A stretch of 22,005 nt of DNA from Andalucia godoyi And28 (GCA_009859145.1 VRVR01000024.1:192799-214803), one strand, 5' to 3'; positions 1 through 9,794 are shown, counted from the first letter of the stretch. A program made the numbers and translations. Notes: a model not told the origin generated them from the sequence alone.

Positions 1-405
1 CTGCAAGAGACGGTCCCTGAGGCGTTCTGCTTCGGGGTTGGCTGCCCTGCGTGCTGGGGATTGGAGATCGTGTCTTGGAAGTTCGCCTCTTGGCAGTGCG
101 CTGAACGAATGATGGAATAGATGGCCACGGATGTTGCGTTAAATAGCGTCGAAAATGCGGAGCCTGTGTCACAGGTCGCGTCTGTTTATGTGTACTTTCG
201 TATGCATGACAATGGCGTGTTATTATTCATCGGCTAAACTGTCACCGACGACAGATCCAAGAACACATGTTTTTATTTTAACTTGGAGCGAGCACCAACT
301 CTTCAATGCAGATTGCTGGTCATCGCAATCGACATATTCCCCAATCGATTCATCATTCAAAATGAACGCTGGAGAAAAGAGAATCAGGTCGGCGGTGGGA
401 CACAT
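1..405 (-). CDS. Possible spliced gene running off the window edge, with a retropepsin-like DTGS motif (speculative; start approximate)
   Basis: Joining ORF 223..615 (MCPTADL...VKIKTCVLGSVV) through a putative GT-AG intron 245..182 (64 nt, weak GTGACA donor) gives ...VKIKTCVLGSVVDATCDTGSAFSTL..., open to position 1. Confidence 0.2.
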
Positions 406-790
406 TGCGCCTGATGACGCATTTTCCTTTGCTCCTTCTTGTTCTCTGACTTGAGAGCGCATTCCGAACGCAAATCGATCACTTCTTCGTGATTTGATGA
501 TCATTACCCTTACTCCTGTGGAATCCCTCCCTACCCCTGTTTGCGTCTTCCTGACTGCCCGGGGCATACGCAACCTATTGACATTAAAAAGAATCTGACA
601 CTGCAGGAATGTCAATAATCCCGGGGGGGCGTGGTTTCCTTTTTGGCAGGCTCAAAAGACTGCATCGTCGGAAGAAGCACCTGCAGAGGGACCAAAAGCA
701 GAAGTACGAAATGCGTGCAGGAGGAGATGGGGCTGAGAAAAAGGAAATTTACAAAATGGAAGAAATCTCGGACTTTCTGAATTCAATTTT

Positions 791-1743
791 ATGGAAGCGT
801 CCTTGCTGAATTCTGCGGTTTCGACTGCATTTCTCGTCGTGTCTCGAGTGTACTACTCGCTATTCGAGCGAATGCTGCATTCGTATGCCCCGATTTCTGC
901 AGTCTTCCGGAACACTTCGGCTGCGAATGTGGTGGTCGGTCGCTGCTGTTCTTTTTGTAAATATTTCTGTTTGCGGGAAGGTGTGGAAGCATGGCCGTCA
1001 CTGTTCGTAAGCAGCTGCTTGTTTGTGGAGCTTCCCTTTGTGTGCGGTTTTTATATTCTAAATATTTAATTTCAAATGTATCTTTTTTTTTTTTTTTTTT
1101 TTGTTTTCTTTGTTGCTGTTCTTGCAAGAGAAGTTGTCCGTCTTGCGAGAAGCGACTGTTTTGCCAGCCTGCAAACAGTATTTTCGAAATCAAAGCGGAT
1201 CGGGCGCAGAGGTACGAAAAAGCGAGCGAGGAAATGGATGATGAATTTCTGGCTGCTCTGAGTCAGCTTTCCGACACGGATTTTCAGATTGTTCGTGACT
1301 TTGTGTTTGCACGAAATCCACATGAACAAAGCAATGCGCAGATGTCCGCGGAAGCAGCGAACAACACCAGTGCAACTGAGTATTTGTTCTCGCTTGTGCG
1401 TCGAGATCTTGCCAAGGCCAAGAAAATGGAGCATCAGCTGACAACGCTCTTGACCGATCAACAAACTCAGATTGACCAGCTCATGGCACGATCACGGCAG
1501 CTTGAATCGGAGTCCTATCGCAAAGATGAGCATATCGTGCACGTCGAATCCATGCTTCAGCAAGCCGAGCAAGCTTCCACATCCGTCCATAAGATTCATG
1601 GAATGGTCGATGCAGCACTCACCGAGGCCAAGAAGCTCGATCACCGTGAAACTGTCGTTCAGAAGCAAGCCGCGGAAATCGATCGGCTGCAAATCCTCGT
1701 GAGTAGCTTAACCAACATGATCGAAAAAAGCTCCCACTCTTGA
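791..1743 (+). CDS. Coiled-coil protein of unknown function, probably spliced (exon 791..1006, intron 1007..1128, exon 1129..1743; about 276 aa)
   Basis: GTAAGC donor at 1007, long poly-T/pyrimidine tract, AAG acceptor ending at 1128. The splice joins ORF 791..1069 in phase 0 to the frame of ORF 991..1743. The C-terminal part (from ATG 1234) is helical and heptad-like. The 5' exon structure is uncertain. Confidence 0.55.
1007..1128 (+). other. Spliceosomal intron (122 nt)
   Basis: GTAAGC donor, T-rich interior, AG acceptor; phase-compatible with both flanking ORFs. Confidence 0.6.
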
Positions 1744-1984
1744 TCATCTTCGTGTCGAGCAAGCATTCATCCCTGCGGTCTGCGCATGATGAATTGTACA
1801 GCATTTTATCACACTTGCAACAAAAACCCGTCCAATTCTCCCCTGTTCAATGGCAGCAACAACGACAACGGTAGCTCCTTGTCTTATTTTTGTTTCTTTT
1901 ATTTTAATTATTAACTATTTTGTCTGAAATGTGTAATGAAAGCAGCTGGTGAGATGCGTTGCAATGAGATGCGATGAGGTTTGG

Positions 1985-2419
1985 TCAGTGATGGCCGCTA
2001 CCGTGTCCATGTTCGTCACCATGACCGTGATTTTCAAAAGGCGGTTTAAATCCCTATCCACAACCACGTAATAACCAATGTGCGGATGACATAATTAGAA
2101 AACCAGTTGCTTGCACTAAAAACACGAATCCAAACGAGAAGACAGTCCACAACAACCAAGTCAGAGCAGGGAGAAGAAAGGGGAAAATGCATACAAAAGT
2201 AGCTGCGCCATCGTGATACGCGCGATAAAACACCCAGAACCACATCATTGCGCCAAATGCCTTTCCACCGACTACATGCCAATCGGACACATGTGGAGCC
2301 TCAAACTCGCCAGCACGCGCCGACGACGAATGCGAGTGTGAGTGCGAATGGTCGCCGCGAGTAAACATTCGTGAAGAGCGAAGTGCCGATGAGGAACGAG
2401 AAAACAGATGACGAAGCAT
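1985..2419 (-). CDS. NDUFB2: NADH:ubiquinone oxidoreductase accessory subunit B2 (AGGG)-like, 97 aa; exons 2419..2195 and 2053..1985
   Basis: HVSDWHVVGGKAFGAMMWFWVFYRAYHDG matches the plant-type NDUFB2 core (W-H-x-V-x-G-K...MWFWxxYRAxxDG). Removing the GTATGC...TAG intron restores the His-rich tail GFKPPFENHGHGDEHGHGSGHH*. The Arg/Ser-rich N-terminus resembles a mitochondrial presequence. Confidence 0.85.
2054..2194 (-). other. Spliceosomal intron (141 nt, phase 0) in the NDUFB2-like gene
   Basis: GTATGC donor at 2194, TTCTAAT branch-like sequence at 2100..2094, TAG acceptor at 2056..2054. Confidence 0.85.
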
Positions 2420-2427
2420 GGTACGCT

Positions 2428-2483
2428 CAACAACAACAAAAACAACAGCAACAGCAACAGCAACAGCACCAGCACCAGCACCA
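2428..2483. repeat. Compound CAA/CAGCAA/CACCAG microsatellite just upstream of the NDUFB2-like start
   Basis: Direct reading of tandem units. Confidence 0.85.
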
Positions 2484-2779
2484 ATATATGTTTTATAAGA
2501 AAAACTAAGGATAGTAATAATATTAGTCAATGCAATGCAATGCAATTTCAAACCAGCGTTTGAAAGGTTGGAGCTTGGGAATTACTTTCAGTGGGACTGC
2601 AATTGGCACAAATGATGGAAAACGATAAAGAAAGGGAGGTTTTGTTTTTTGAGCAGTGCTTGACTACGGCAGATTGAATTCTGGGGGAAGAGGAAGGAAA
2701 GCCATGGGGAAGCCCCCGGAATGAAATCTAGAGCTGTTGCCTTTGTGGATGTGGCTTGCTGTTTATTGAATTGAAAATG

Positions 2780-5700
2780 CTATAGAAGCCTCTTGCTTTC
2801 ATCGTCGTCGTCGTGGTCGTTGCCGCCGTTGCCGTTGTTGTTCTCGCGATCAGTTTCAGTATTTGGAGACAGGGCGAAATCGGGAACGGCGACTTTGTTG
2901 GGCGGTCGGGCTCGGTTGGGTGCCGGAGCAGAGACTACAGAGGCCGTGGGATTGGAAGTGGAGTTGGCCATGGACTCCATTGCGATTGCTCGGAGATGCG
3001 CGGCACTTGAATCTCCGGTTTGAGAGACCATGGAAGCAAAGACGCCCGGAGGATTCATGTTCAACAAGATTCCTGGCATGCCAGTTTCGACGATTCTTCC
3101 ACCGTCCATTACAATCACACGGTCATAGTCTACAATCGTATTCAGACGATGTGCAATGGTAAGAATTGTGCAGTTTGAAAACTCGGCTCGGATTGTTTTC
3201 TGGATCAAAGCGTCGGTGTCGCCATCTACCGAGGCTGTGGCTTCGTCCAGGACAAGGATTTGTGCACTGCGCAGCAGTGCTCGAGCAAGACAGAATAGCT
3301 GACGTTGCCCAGTAGAAAAGTTGGCGCCATATTCCATTACAGGAGCACAGAGCTTCAAAGGCAGCTCCGATACAACCAACTTCAAATGGGCACGCTCCAG
3401 CGCCATCCAGATTTCGTCATCGGTGTGCTGATCAAAGGGATCCAGGTTCGAGCGCACCGTTCCGGAAAAGAGAAAGGGATCCTGCGGGATGATGCAAACT
3501 GCGCGGGTACGCAGAGTCTCCAAATCAACTCGTGAAATGTCAATGCCATCGATGGAAATCGTCCCTGCCTGCAACTCGCAGAATCGAAACAGCGCAGCAA
3601 TCACACTGGACTTTCCCGCACCAGTACGCCCCACAATACCAATCTTCTCACCACCGCGAACTTGCAGAGATACGCCCTTTAGGATCGGATCTTGGTCATC
3701 CTTGTACGACATGTAAACATCGTCAAACTCGACCGATCCAGAGGAAGGCCACTGTCTTTCTGCTGCCTCCTCATGGTCCAAAGAGTTCTTGCCGGACGGC
3801 TCCACTGGCACATTTTCCGCGAAATGCAGCAATCTTTCCACGGAATTCAGCTGTGCCTCAGATTCTGCAGCCAACCGGATGCACAAGTTTAAGAACGCTG
3901 TCATTGCCTGCGCATACATGAGCACGAGGCCCACCAATCCCCCGTTCAAATTCTCTCCGAAAATGATGACAAACAGTGCAACAAGACTGACAATCCACGC
4001 GGCAAGCATCTCCAAGCGAATGACCAGCCATCGTTGTGCAATTGCGAGTGCCCACGCAGCTCGCAGGTTGTTCGTCAACCTTTCGTGATTCTGGGCACAG
4101 AAATCAGCCTGCTTCCCGTACGCACGAATCGTCGCTGTCCCGCCCAATGTTTCAGAAAAATGGGTGTAAAGTGGGGTCCGCGAAATCGAGTCGAGACGTT
4201 TCAGCTCGCGTGATGAACAACGGTACAAACGCTGAAGGAAATAGTATACCCCGACCACCGGCAAAAGAATGATGGCAAAGAACGGCAACACGACACAAAT
4301 GACAATAATGAATGCAGCGAGAATCATGAACGTATTAAAGAACGCCTGCAGTGAGGGTACAAGAACATTGTCGACTGCATCAACATCCTTGGAGAACCGG
4401 TTGAGAATTCGACCCACAGGTGTGGCATCGACGAAGGACATCTTGGCCCGCAGTACTCGACTCAAGGCTTCCAAATGAAGAGTCCTGGCCGCACGCACTC
4501 CGGCAAAGGAAAACGTGAATCCCCTTACGATTTCCGACACAAACGCACCCAGTGCAAGAAGGCCGTACACCATCATGTACTGATGAACCGTCAAGTCTAT
4601 AGAATCGGTTGACCAAAAAGAGAGCCAGAGATCGATTGCGGTGCGAAAACTCTGTAGAGACAGATACAGCAGCCCAACAACGATCCACACACAGTATCCG
4701 CCGCCCGCTACCATGTAGTGTCGAATAACATGACGATCAACGGTTCCCGTCATCCTGTCTTCCACGGCAGTGAGCTTGCCTTCCGATTTGTGATGCACGC
4801 GAGGTGTTGCCATTTCACCTGAAAACGCATCGTGGGACCGGTGCGCTGACGATTCAACCGGAGAATTCTTAGTGATATCGTCGTTGGACGCACTGAATCC
4901 GGTGTGGCTAGCTAGCATGGCTGAGAGAAGGCTGCCTTGCTTTGAGGTAAGTTCTGCATACGTCCCAGACTCTACAATGCCTCCCTGATTCATCACAACC
5001 ACCATGTCTGCTCGTGAAACGTACTGCAGTTGATGTGTAACCAAACAGCGGGTTTTGCCCGAGAGTGCCCCCACAATACAATCCTCAAAGATGTGGCGAC
5101 CAACATGGGCATCCACTGCCGATAAACAGTCGTCAAGAAACAAAACGTCAGCTTCCGAGAACACTGCGCGTGCTAAGCTGATGCGCTGCTTCTGCCCTCC
5201 AGAGAGATTGATCCCGCGCTCCCCGATCTCTGTTTGATCACCGGCTGCAAACATCCCAATGTCCCGTTCCAATGCACAAACACGCAGCGTGTTTTCGTAC
5301 TTTTGTTGATTCCATTCCTCGCCCATCAGAATGTTCTCTCTTACAGTTGCATTCTGGATCCAAGCCTCTTGCGCTACATATGCTTTAGATCCGTGAACTT
5401 CCACATGTCCCGAGTGCCGGTGCATTTCTCCAAGTGCAGCGGCCAGTAATGAGGATTTTCCAGAGGCGATCGGGCCGACAATCATCACCAACGCACCTCG
5501 GGGAACTGACAGATTAATATTTCGCAGCTCGCATGGAACAGGTTCATTTTCTCGAGCCTCGTCGTCCACTATCAAATATTGCGAAGACTGCGAAGATTGC
5601 AACAGCTGTTCCTCATCTCGTCGGCTCGAAGCGGGAGAAGTGCTGCGTGTTTTTTCGTTCCAACAGAATTCTCCATCACGGATCACGACTGCAAGACCAG

Positions 5701-6922
5701 GAGCAGCAACAGCTGCGGTGGTGGCGGTGGCGAACTCCGAAGCAGCCTCGAGCTCCGACGAATCCAAGAATGCTGCAATGCGAACGGCAGCCACATGGGC
5801 ATCCGCAATAGTTGAAACAACATTTGGAAGCATCATCATGGGAAACCGCAGAATGTTGAATAGCACAAGAGACGGGAAGACGACTTCGGCAGTGAGAGCA
5901 TTTCCTAAAGCGGCATAGGTCTCAAACGTGACAAGAGCAACCAAGGTCGGAGACAGCATCAGCAATGCCATGTTTGCTGCTCGAACCAGTGTTGCCGCTC
6001 GAACCTTGATCATTTCCAAATTGCGAATACTGCTGACCTTTTGAAGGAACGACGCTTCCCAGGCAAAAAACTTGATAACGCGGATTCCTTGCATGACCTC
6101 ATTGATTGTCTTCACTCTTTTGTCCGTAAATTGCATCATTTCTTTCCGCAAACGCGCCAAGACCGTCGATACCCGTCCCTGTACTGGTAACAGCAGCATC
6201 ATCATCGCGAAACCGGCAAACATGGAGGGCCCCACAAAGATATACAGCAAAGAAAGGGCAATGAGGATCTGCAGACTTCCAGACCACGTGACATGTAGGA
6301 ATTGCGCCAATGCCTCGATCTTCGCCGTATCTAAGCTCATGAGCGTTGTGATTTCACCAATCGTCTTCCCTTGGCGAGAAGAATTGCTCAATACGAGAGA
6401 TTTCCGGTATATTGCAGACACAAGCCCAGTACGGGCATGCATTCCCGAGCGCAGAACGCGTGTAAAATACGTATTTGTCAAGCATGCTTGTATGTTCAAG
6501 ACAATAAACAGCACTGCACACCAAGTAAAGGCGGCAGTTGGATTGATCGAGTCCCCAGAAGCAGAATAGGCAATAATAGACCGAATGGCAATAGGCTGCA
6601 CAAACGTAAGAATATCGGAGAGGAACTTGATGAGCCCGGAACGAATGAACGGACCGCCGTATGCGTAATACAATGCTCGGGCAACCGAACGTTTTCCTGC
6701 GGGGTACCGTTCTGAAACTCTGGCCCACGCATTCTGGAACTTCAGTGAATTGTCCTCTGGCTTGTCCTTCTTGGACAAGTTTGCAAGATCTGGCTCTTCA
6801 AGTGGCCGTCGTCGCCCAATCCATATTAGCGGCGTGATGTACGAGAAAAACATTCGCCCAAAAAAGCCGCATCCATCTTCTGAAAATGCTTTTTTCTCGC
6901 TTTTCAGCTTGGCATTGGTCAT
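2780..6922 (-). CDS. ABCC (MRP-type) transporter, short form TMD1-NBD1-TMD2-NBD2 without TMD0, about 1380 aa, intronless
   Basis: NBD1: Walker A GPIASGKSS, signature LSGGQKQR, degenerate Walker B LFLDD. NBD2: GRTGAGKSS, FSTGQRQL, ILVLDEATASVD. The lasso-like start FFGRMFFSYITPLI...RPLEEPDL follows the probable ATG at 6922; the upstream in-frame extension is AT-rich and low complexity. Confidence 0.95.
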   Translation of the reverse strand: MTNAKLKSEKKAFSEDGCGFFGRMFFSYITPLIWIGRRRPLEEPDLANLSKKDKPEDNSLKFQNAWARVSERYPAGKRSVARALYYAYGGPFIRSGLIKFLSDILTFVQPIAIRSIIAYSASGDSINPTAAFTWCAVLFIVLNIQACLTNTYFTRVLRSGMHARTGLVSAIYRKSLVLSNSSRQGKTIGEITTLMSLDTAKIEALAQFLHVTWSGSLQILIALSLLYIFVGPSMFAGFAMMMLLLPVQGRVSTVLARLRKEMMQFTDKRVKTINEVMQGIRVIKFFAWEASFLQKVSSIRNLEMIKVRAATLVRAANMALLMLSPTLVALVTFETYAALGNALTAEVVFPSLVLFNILRFPMMMLPNVVSTIADAHVAAVRIAAFLDSSELEAASEFATATTAAVAAPGLAVVIRDGEFCWNEKTRSTSPASSRRDEEQLLQSSQSSQYLIVDDEARENEPVPCELRNINLSVPRGALVMIVGPIASGKSSLLAAALGEMHRHSGHVEVHGSKAYVAQEAWIQNATVRENILMGEEWNQQKYENTLRVCALERDIGMFAAGDQTEIGERGINLSGGQKQRISLARAVFSEADVLFLDDCLSAVDAHVGRHIFEDCIVGALSGKTRCLVTHQLQYVSRADMVVVMNQGGIVESGTYAELTSKQGSLLSAMLASHTGFSASNDDITKNSPVESSAHRSHDAFSGEMATPRVHHKSEGKLTAVEDRMTGTVDRHVIRHYMVAGGGYCVWIVVGLLYLSLQSFRTAIDLWLSFWSTDSIDLTVHQYMMVYGLLALGAFVSEIVRGFTFSFAGVRAARTLHLEALSRVLRAKMSFVDATPVGRILNRFSKDVDAVDNVLVPSLQAFFNTFMILAAFIIVICVVLPFFAIILLPVVGVYYFLQRLYRCSSRELKRLDSISRTPLYTHFSETLGGTATIRAYGKQADFCAQNHERLTNNLRAAWALAIAQRWLVIRLEMLAAWIVSLVALFVIIFGENLNGGLVGLVLMYAQAMTAFLNLCIRLAAESEAQLNSVERLLHFAENVPVEPSGKNSLDHEEAAERQWPSSGSVEFDDVYMSYKDDQDPILKGVSLQVRGGEKIGIVGRTGAGKSSVIAALFRFCELQAGTISIDGIDISRVDLETLRTRAVCIIPQDPFLFSGTVRSNLDPFDQHTDDEIWMALERAHLKLVVSELPLKLCAPVMEYGANFSTGQRQLFCLARALLRSAQILVLDEATASVDGDTDALIQKTIRAEFSNCTILTIAHRLNTIVDYDRVIVMDGGRIVETGMPGILLNMNPPGVFASMVSQTGDSSAAHLRAIAMESMANSTSNPTASVVSAPAPNRARPPNKVAVPDFALSPNTETDRENNNGNGGNDHDDDDESKRLL

Positions 6923-7489
6923 TTCATGGAGCACATTCAAACGAAAACCAGCCGCGGCGACAGAATAATTTTTATTATTATTAGAAAACCAAAGAGAAGA
7001 ATGATGACGTATGGAGAATTGGAAAGGAGTAGAGGAGTGTGGGAAGGTCAATGTGAGTTTTTTTATGTCCCCGTCAATTGTTTTTGGAATTCTGCATGAC
7101 AGAAAAACACGCAATGGGACGATCCTCGATTGCTCGCACTTCGGGAACGTCGGGGCGGTGGGTGTTTGGACGACAAGACAGTCCTGGTCGCAGATTGGCA
7201 ATGGACAGAAGAAAAGACCGGAGCTGCAAGTTCGGCAAAAACGATACGCTTTGTAGGAGCAAAATCTTTTCGAAGTGCGAGCTGCGTGTGTAAGCAGAGT
7301 GCTCCGGAACGGAAAGTGGCAATTCTGCGATGCGCCTGCGGTTAAAAATGGTGGCTGTACGGAGGCTTGAAGGTCTGAAGGCGTACAGACCACCAGAAGG
7401 ACGAGCACTGCATGTGAATACAACAACAACGATTCTGTCGGCAGACGTGTGATGTCTCTCCCAGTTCTTACGCAGTTGCTGGAATTTAG

Positions 7490-8332
7490 ATGGACGCTTA
7501 TCAAAAGTTTCCGGAGTCGGGGTCGCAAGCCTGCATCGTGTATCACGACCAATCGATAGCGCCACTGCCCTCTCCTGCAACCCGCAGCACATGGGACTTT
7601 GATCCTCAGCGCCTGCCTCTAACTTCTGCCAAGGAAAGAATGGTTCATGCTCGCGAATGGGTGCGACGCGGGCCGCATATCATGCTTGCCATTGGAGTTA
7701 GCAACATGGTATCAGTGATCACTGCAGGTGCAGAAGGAGCGGAGTCCCTGGCGATCGCCCACGGAACCTGGTGTGCATTGTTGATCGTTCTCGGTTGCTA
7801 CACATTCTTCACAGGAAAACGCAAGCGAATCGTGATGCTGACAAATGAACGACTGGTCTTTCGGGAGATGTCTGCTTACTGGGGCCTCAATCCGAAGCAC
7901 GACAGCGAAACGACACTGCGCATACGAGACGTGTCTGCAGTGGATGTGGCCTCGCGGTGGATCAACTTTTTGCTTGTGATTGCTCTTCTTTATCTCATGG
8001 CCGGATTCTTCACGTTCACCTCCCTGGGAAATGCAGCAACCATGAATTCACTAGTATACGGTATCTTGTTCTTGGTGGCGTACATCCTTATTGTGTTCCG
8101 CTTTCCGTCCTACAATGTGGTTGTTTCAACGACGCTAGGAAGCGCATGGGACTACTCTATAAAGGTCCCCTTTCGATCGGCCGATGACGCATTTGCGTTC
8201 GCAGATATGGTCAAGGCACTCCAAGAAGAGCTTTGCTGCCACCCAACACTTGTCGATTTCCTCCATCCTGTCTCAAAAACAACAGCTGTGACCGGTAATC
8301 ATTCACTGCCCCAGGTGATGTCCACCCTTTAG
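7490..8332 (+). CDS. Multi-pass membrane protein (about 4 TM, 280 aa) with bacterial-type PH-like segments
   Basis: ATG-initiated 280-aa ORF with two hydrophobic hairpins. IVMLTNERLVF...LRIRDVSAVDV resembles the bPH family pattern. Confidence 0.75.
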   Translation: MDAYQKFPESGSQACIVYHDQSIAPLPSPATRSTWDFDPQRLPLTSAKERMVHAREWVRRGPHIMLAIGVSNMVSVITAGAEGAESLAIAHGTWCALLIVLGCYTFFTGKRKRIVMLTNERLVFREMSAYWGLNPKHDSETTLRIRDVSAVDVASRWINFLLVIALLYLMAGFFTFTSLGNAATMNSLVYGILFLVAYILIVFRFPSYNVVVSTTLGSAWDYSIKVPFRSADDAFAFADMVKALQEELCCHPTLVDFLHPVSKTTAVTGNHSLPQVMSTL

Positions 8333-8373
8333 TCCCAGTCCCCGCCGTGCAGGATACATGACTTCTCCCAGTG

Positions 8374-8757
8374 CTACCCGTTATTATCGTCCCACCAACG
8401 ACTCCTGTTCGGTTTTTGCATGCACTCTCCACAGCTAGCCGCAGGCGCGATATCAATTTTTATATTAAAATACTCCTTTGAAAGTGACGGTCCGGTTTTC
8501 CTTCCTTTTTCGTAGTCCGCCAGCGCTTCGTTGTATTGCTTCGGTTCCCCCCTCCCTTCTGCACCTGAATGCTTCCACTTTGTTGACGAAGGATCCCGAA
8601 CTCCGCGTCCATGCGTACTGATTATTGCCATGAAATGGCCTTTATTCGTTGTTGAATCAAGAGGGACTGGTGACGTCGCAAAATGTCGGTTAGTCCGCTG
8701 TGACGGGCGGAAAAACTGCGCTGAACATTCGTCTTTTGTGTATGCCGAGCTGTGCAT
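8374..8757 (-). CDS. Hypothetical hydrophilic protein, about 127 aa (start could be 8805)
   Basis: ATG-initiated part of ORF 8374..8931 with normal composition; convergent with 7490..8332. No family recognised. Confidence 0.45.
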   Translation of the reverse strand: MHSSAYTKDECSAQFFRPSQRTNRHFATSPVPLDSTTNKGHFMAIISTHGRGVRDPSSTKWKHSGAEGRGEPKQYNEALADYEKGRKTGPSLSKEYFNIKIDIAPAASCGECMQKPNRSRWWDDNNG

Positions 8758-8954
8758 GGCCGCAATGGATGCGTCGAGGGGGGGATGCGTCGGATGATGG
8801 ATCATGATGACGCCACTGTTGATGATGATGACGATGAAGATCAAGCGCACAACATAAACAGTGACGGAGTGTCGATGACGACGGACACTCACAGTTCCAC
8901 ACAAACCTACCTGGTTCTTCGGAATCGGCAAACCCGCGAAAATCTGTATTTGTT

Positions 8955-8974
8955 TCTCTCTCTCTCTCTCTCTC
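8955..8974. repeat. (CT)n microsatellite
   Basis: Direct reading. Confidence 0.85.
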
Positions 8975-9054
8975 CTCTTCCAGGATTTCGCTTTTTACTT
9001 GTTGTTATTTTCGTTCGTTTTGAGAGTCGGTCACTCCTGGAGACATGTGAAGCG

Positions 9055-9327
9055 ATGATCGATCGAGACGGGAATGGAGCGCGCAACACCTGGGTACTAC
9101 CCTCCAACCCAAACGTCTGGTGGACGGTCGTGATTTCATCGGATAGTATGGCTGAGTTGACAGCCGCCGACTTCAGACGGAAAATAGATTGTTTCTGTAT
9201 TGGCGCGGTATGCGTGCCCGAGAGGTATGCGTTTGAGGGTTGCATCTTGAAAGAACACAGAGCGCATGTACAGTCATTTGTATTCGAATCCTCGGCCGAA
9301 TTTTTCGTCGATCTCAGCACTCTATGA
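9055..9327 (+). CDS. Possible ubiquitin-like-fold protein (90 aa core; may extend to ATG 8794 through an intron 8946..9026)
   Basis: RYAFEGCILKEHRAHVQSFVFESSAEFFVDL loosely parallels ubiquitin [30 protein letters not shown]. The CT-rich stretch from 8946 looks intronic. Confidence 0.4.
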   Translation: MIDRDGNGARNTWVLPSNPNVWWTVVISSDSMAELTAADFRRKIDCFCIGAVCVPERYAFEGCILKEHRAHVQSFVFESSAEFFVDLSTL

Positions 9328-9415
9328 GATGTGGACTTTTCCCGATATTTGCAATTGGGAAATTTGCCGTTTTTAAATATTTAAATCATTGTTCTTATTA
9401 TTCTTCTGTGGAGAA

Positions 9416-9628
9416 ATGGGGGACTGGAGTTCGATATTTGCTGGGGCAGCGATCGTGCTGGTTGTTAATTCATTGTGGAACCGGCTGTTTGGGCATGTTC
9501 CTTCTTCCACGGTTTACGATGTTCGAGAAGCGTATTACGACCCGGATCCATATTCCGGTCGCGGACGACGAGACCCGCTACGAACACCCGCGCTTGATAG
9601 CATTGCGAACCGATGGGATTCATCCTAG
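9416..9628 (+). CDS. Small single-pass membrane protein, 70 aa
   Basis: ATG in GAAATG context after an AT-rich spacer. N-terminal hydrophobic segment SIFAGAAIVLVVNSLW, then a hydrophilic tail. Confidence 0.5.
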   Translation: MGDWSSIFAGAAIVLVVNSLWNRLFGHVPSSTVYDVREAYYDPDPYSGRGRRDPLRTPALDSIANRWDSS

Positions 9629-9794
9629 GTTCCCCCGCCGCAAAAGCAAAACGAAGCACTTGCGGCCAGCTGTCTTTGGCTCGAGACCGAAAATCAATCG
9701 TAGACGACTTTCGCCCTTTTTGCGGGTATGAATGATCCGTTTCCAATCTTGTTTTGCTTTTTCCGTTCTATTTTGTTTCACGCATGCATATGTA

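Noticed and set aside
2780-6922. ABCC transporter as part of the leucine-catabolism cluster
   Set aside because: It lies over 5 kb from MCCB with unrelated genes in between; nothing in the sequence indicates its substrate.
6923-7552. 210-codon N-terminal extension of the ABCC ORF (possible TMD0)
   Set aside because: It starts at a non-ATG codon, is not hydrophobic like TMD0, crosses AT-rich and low-complexity intergenic DNA, and overlaps the divergent gene start at 7490.
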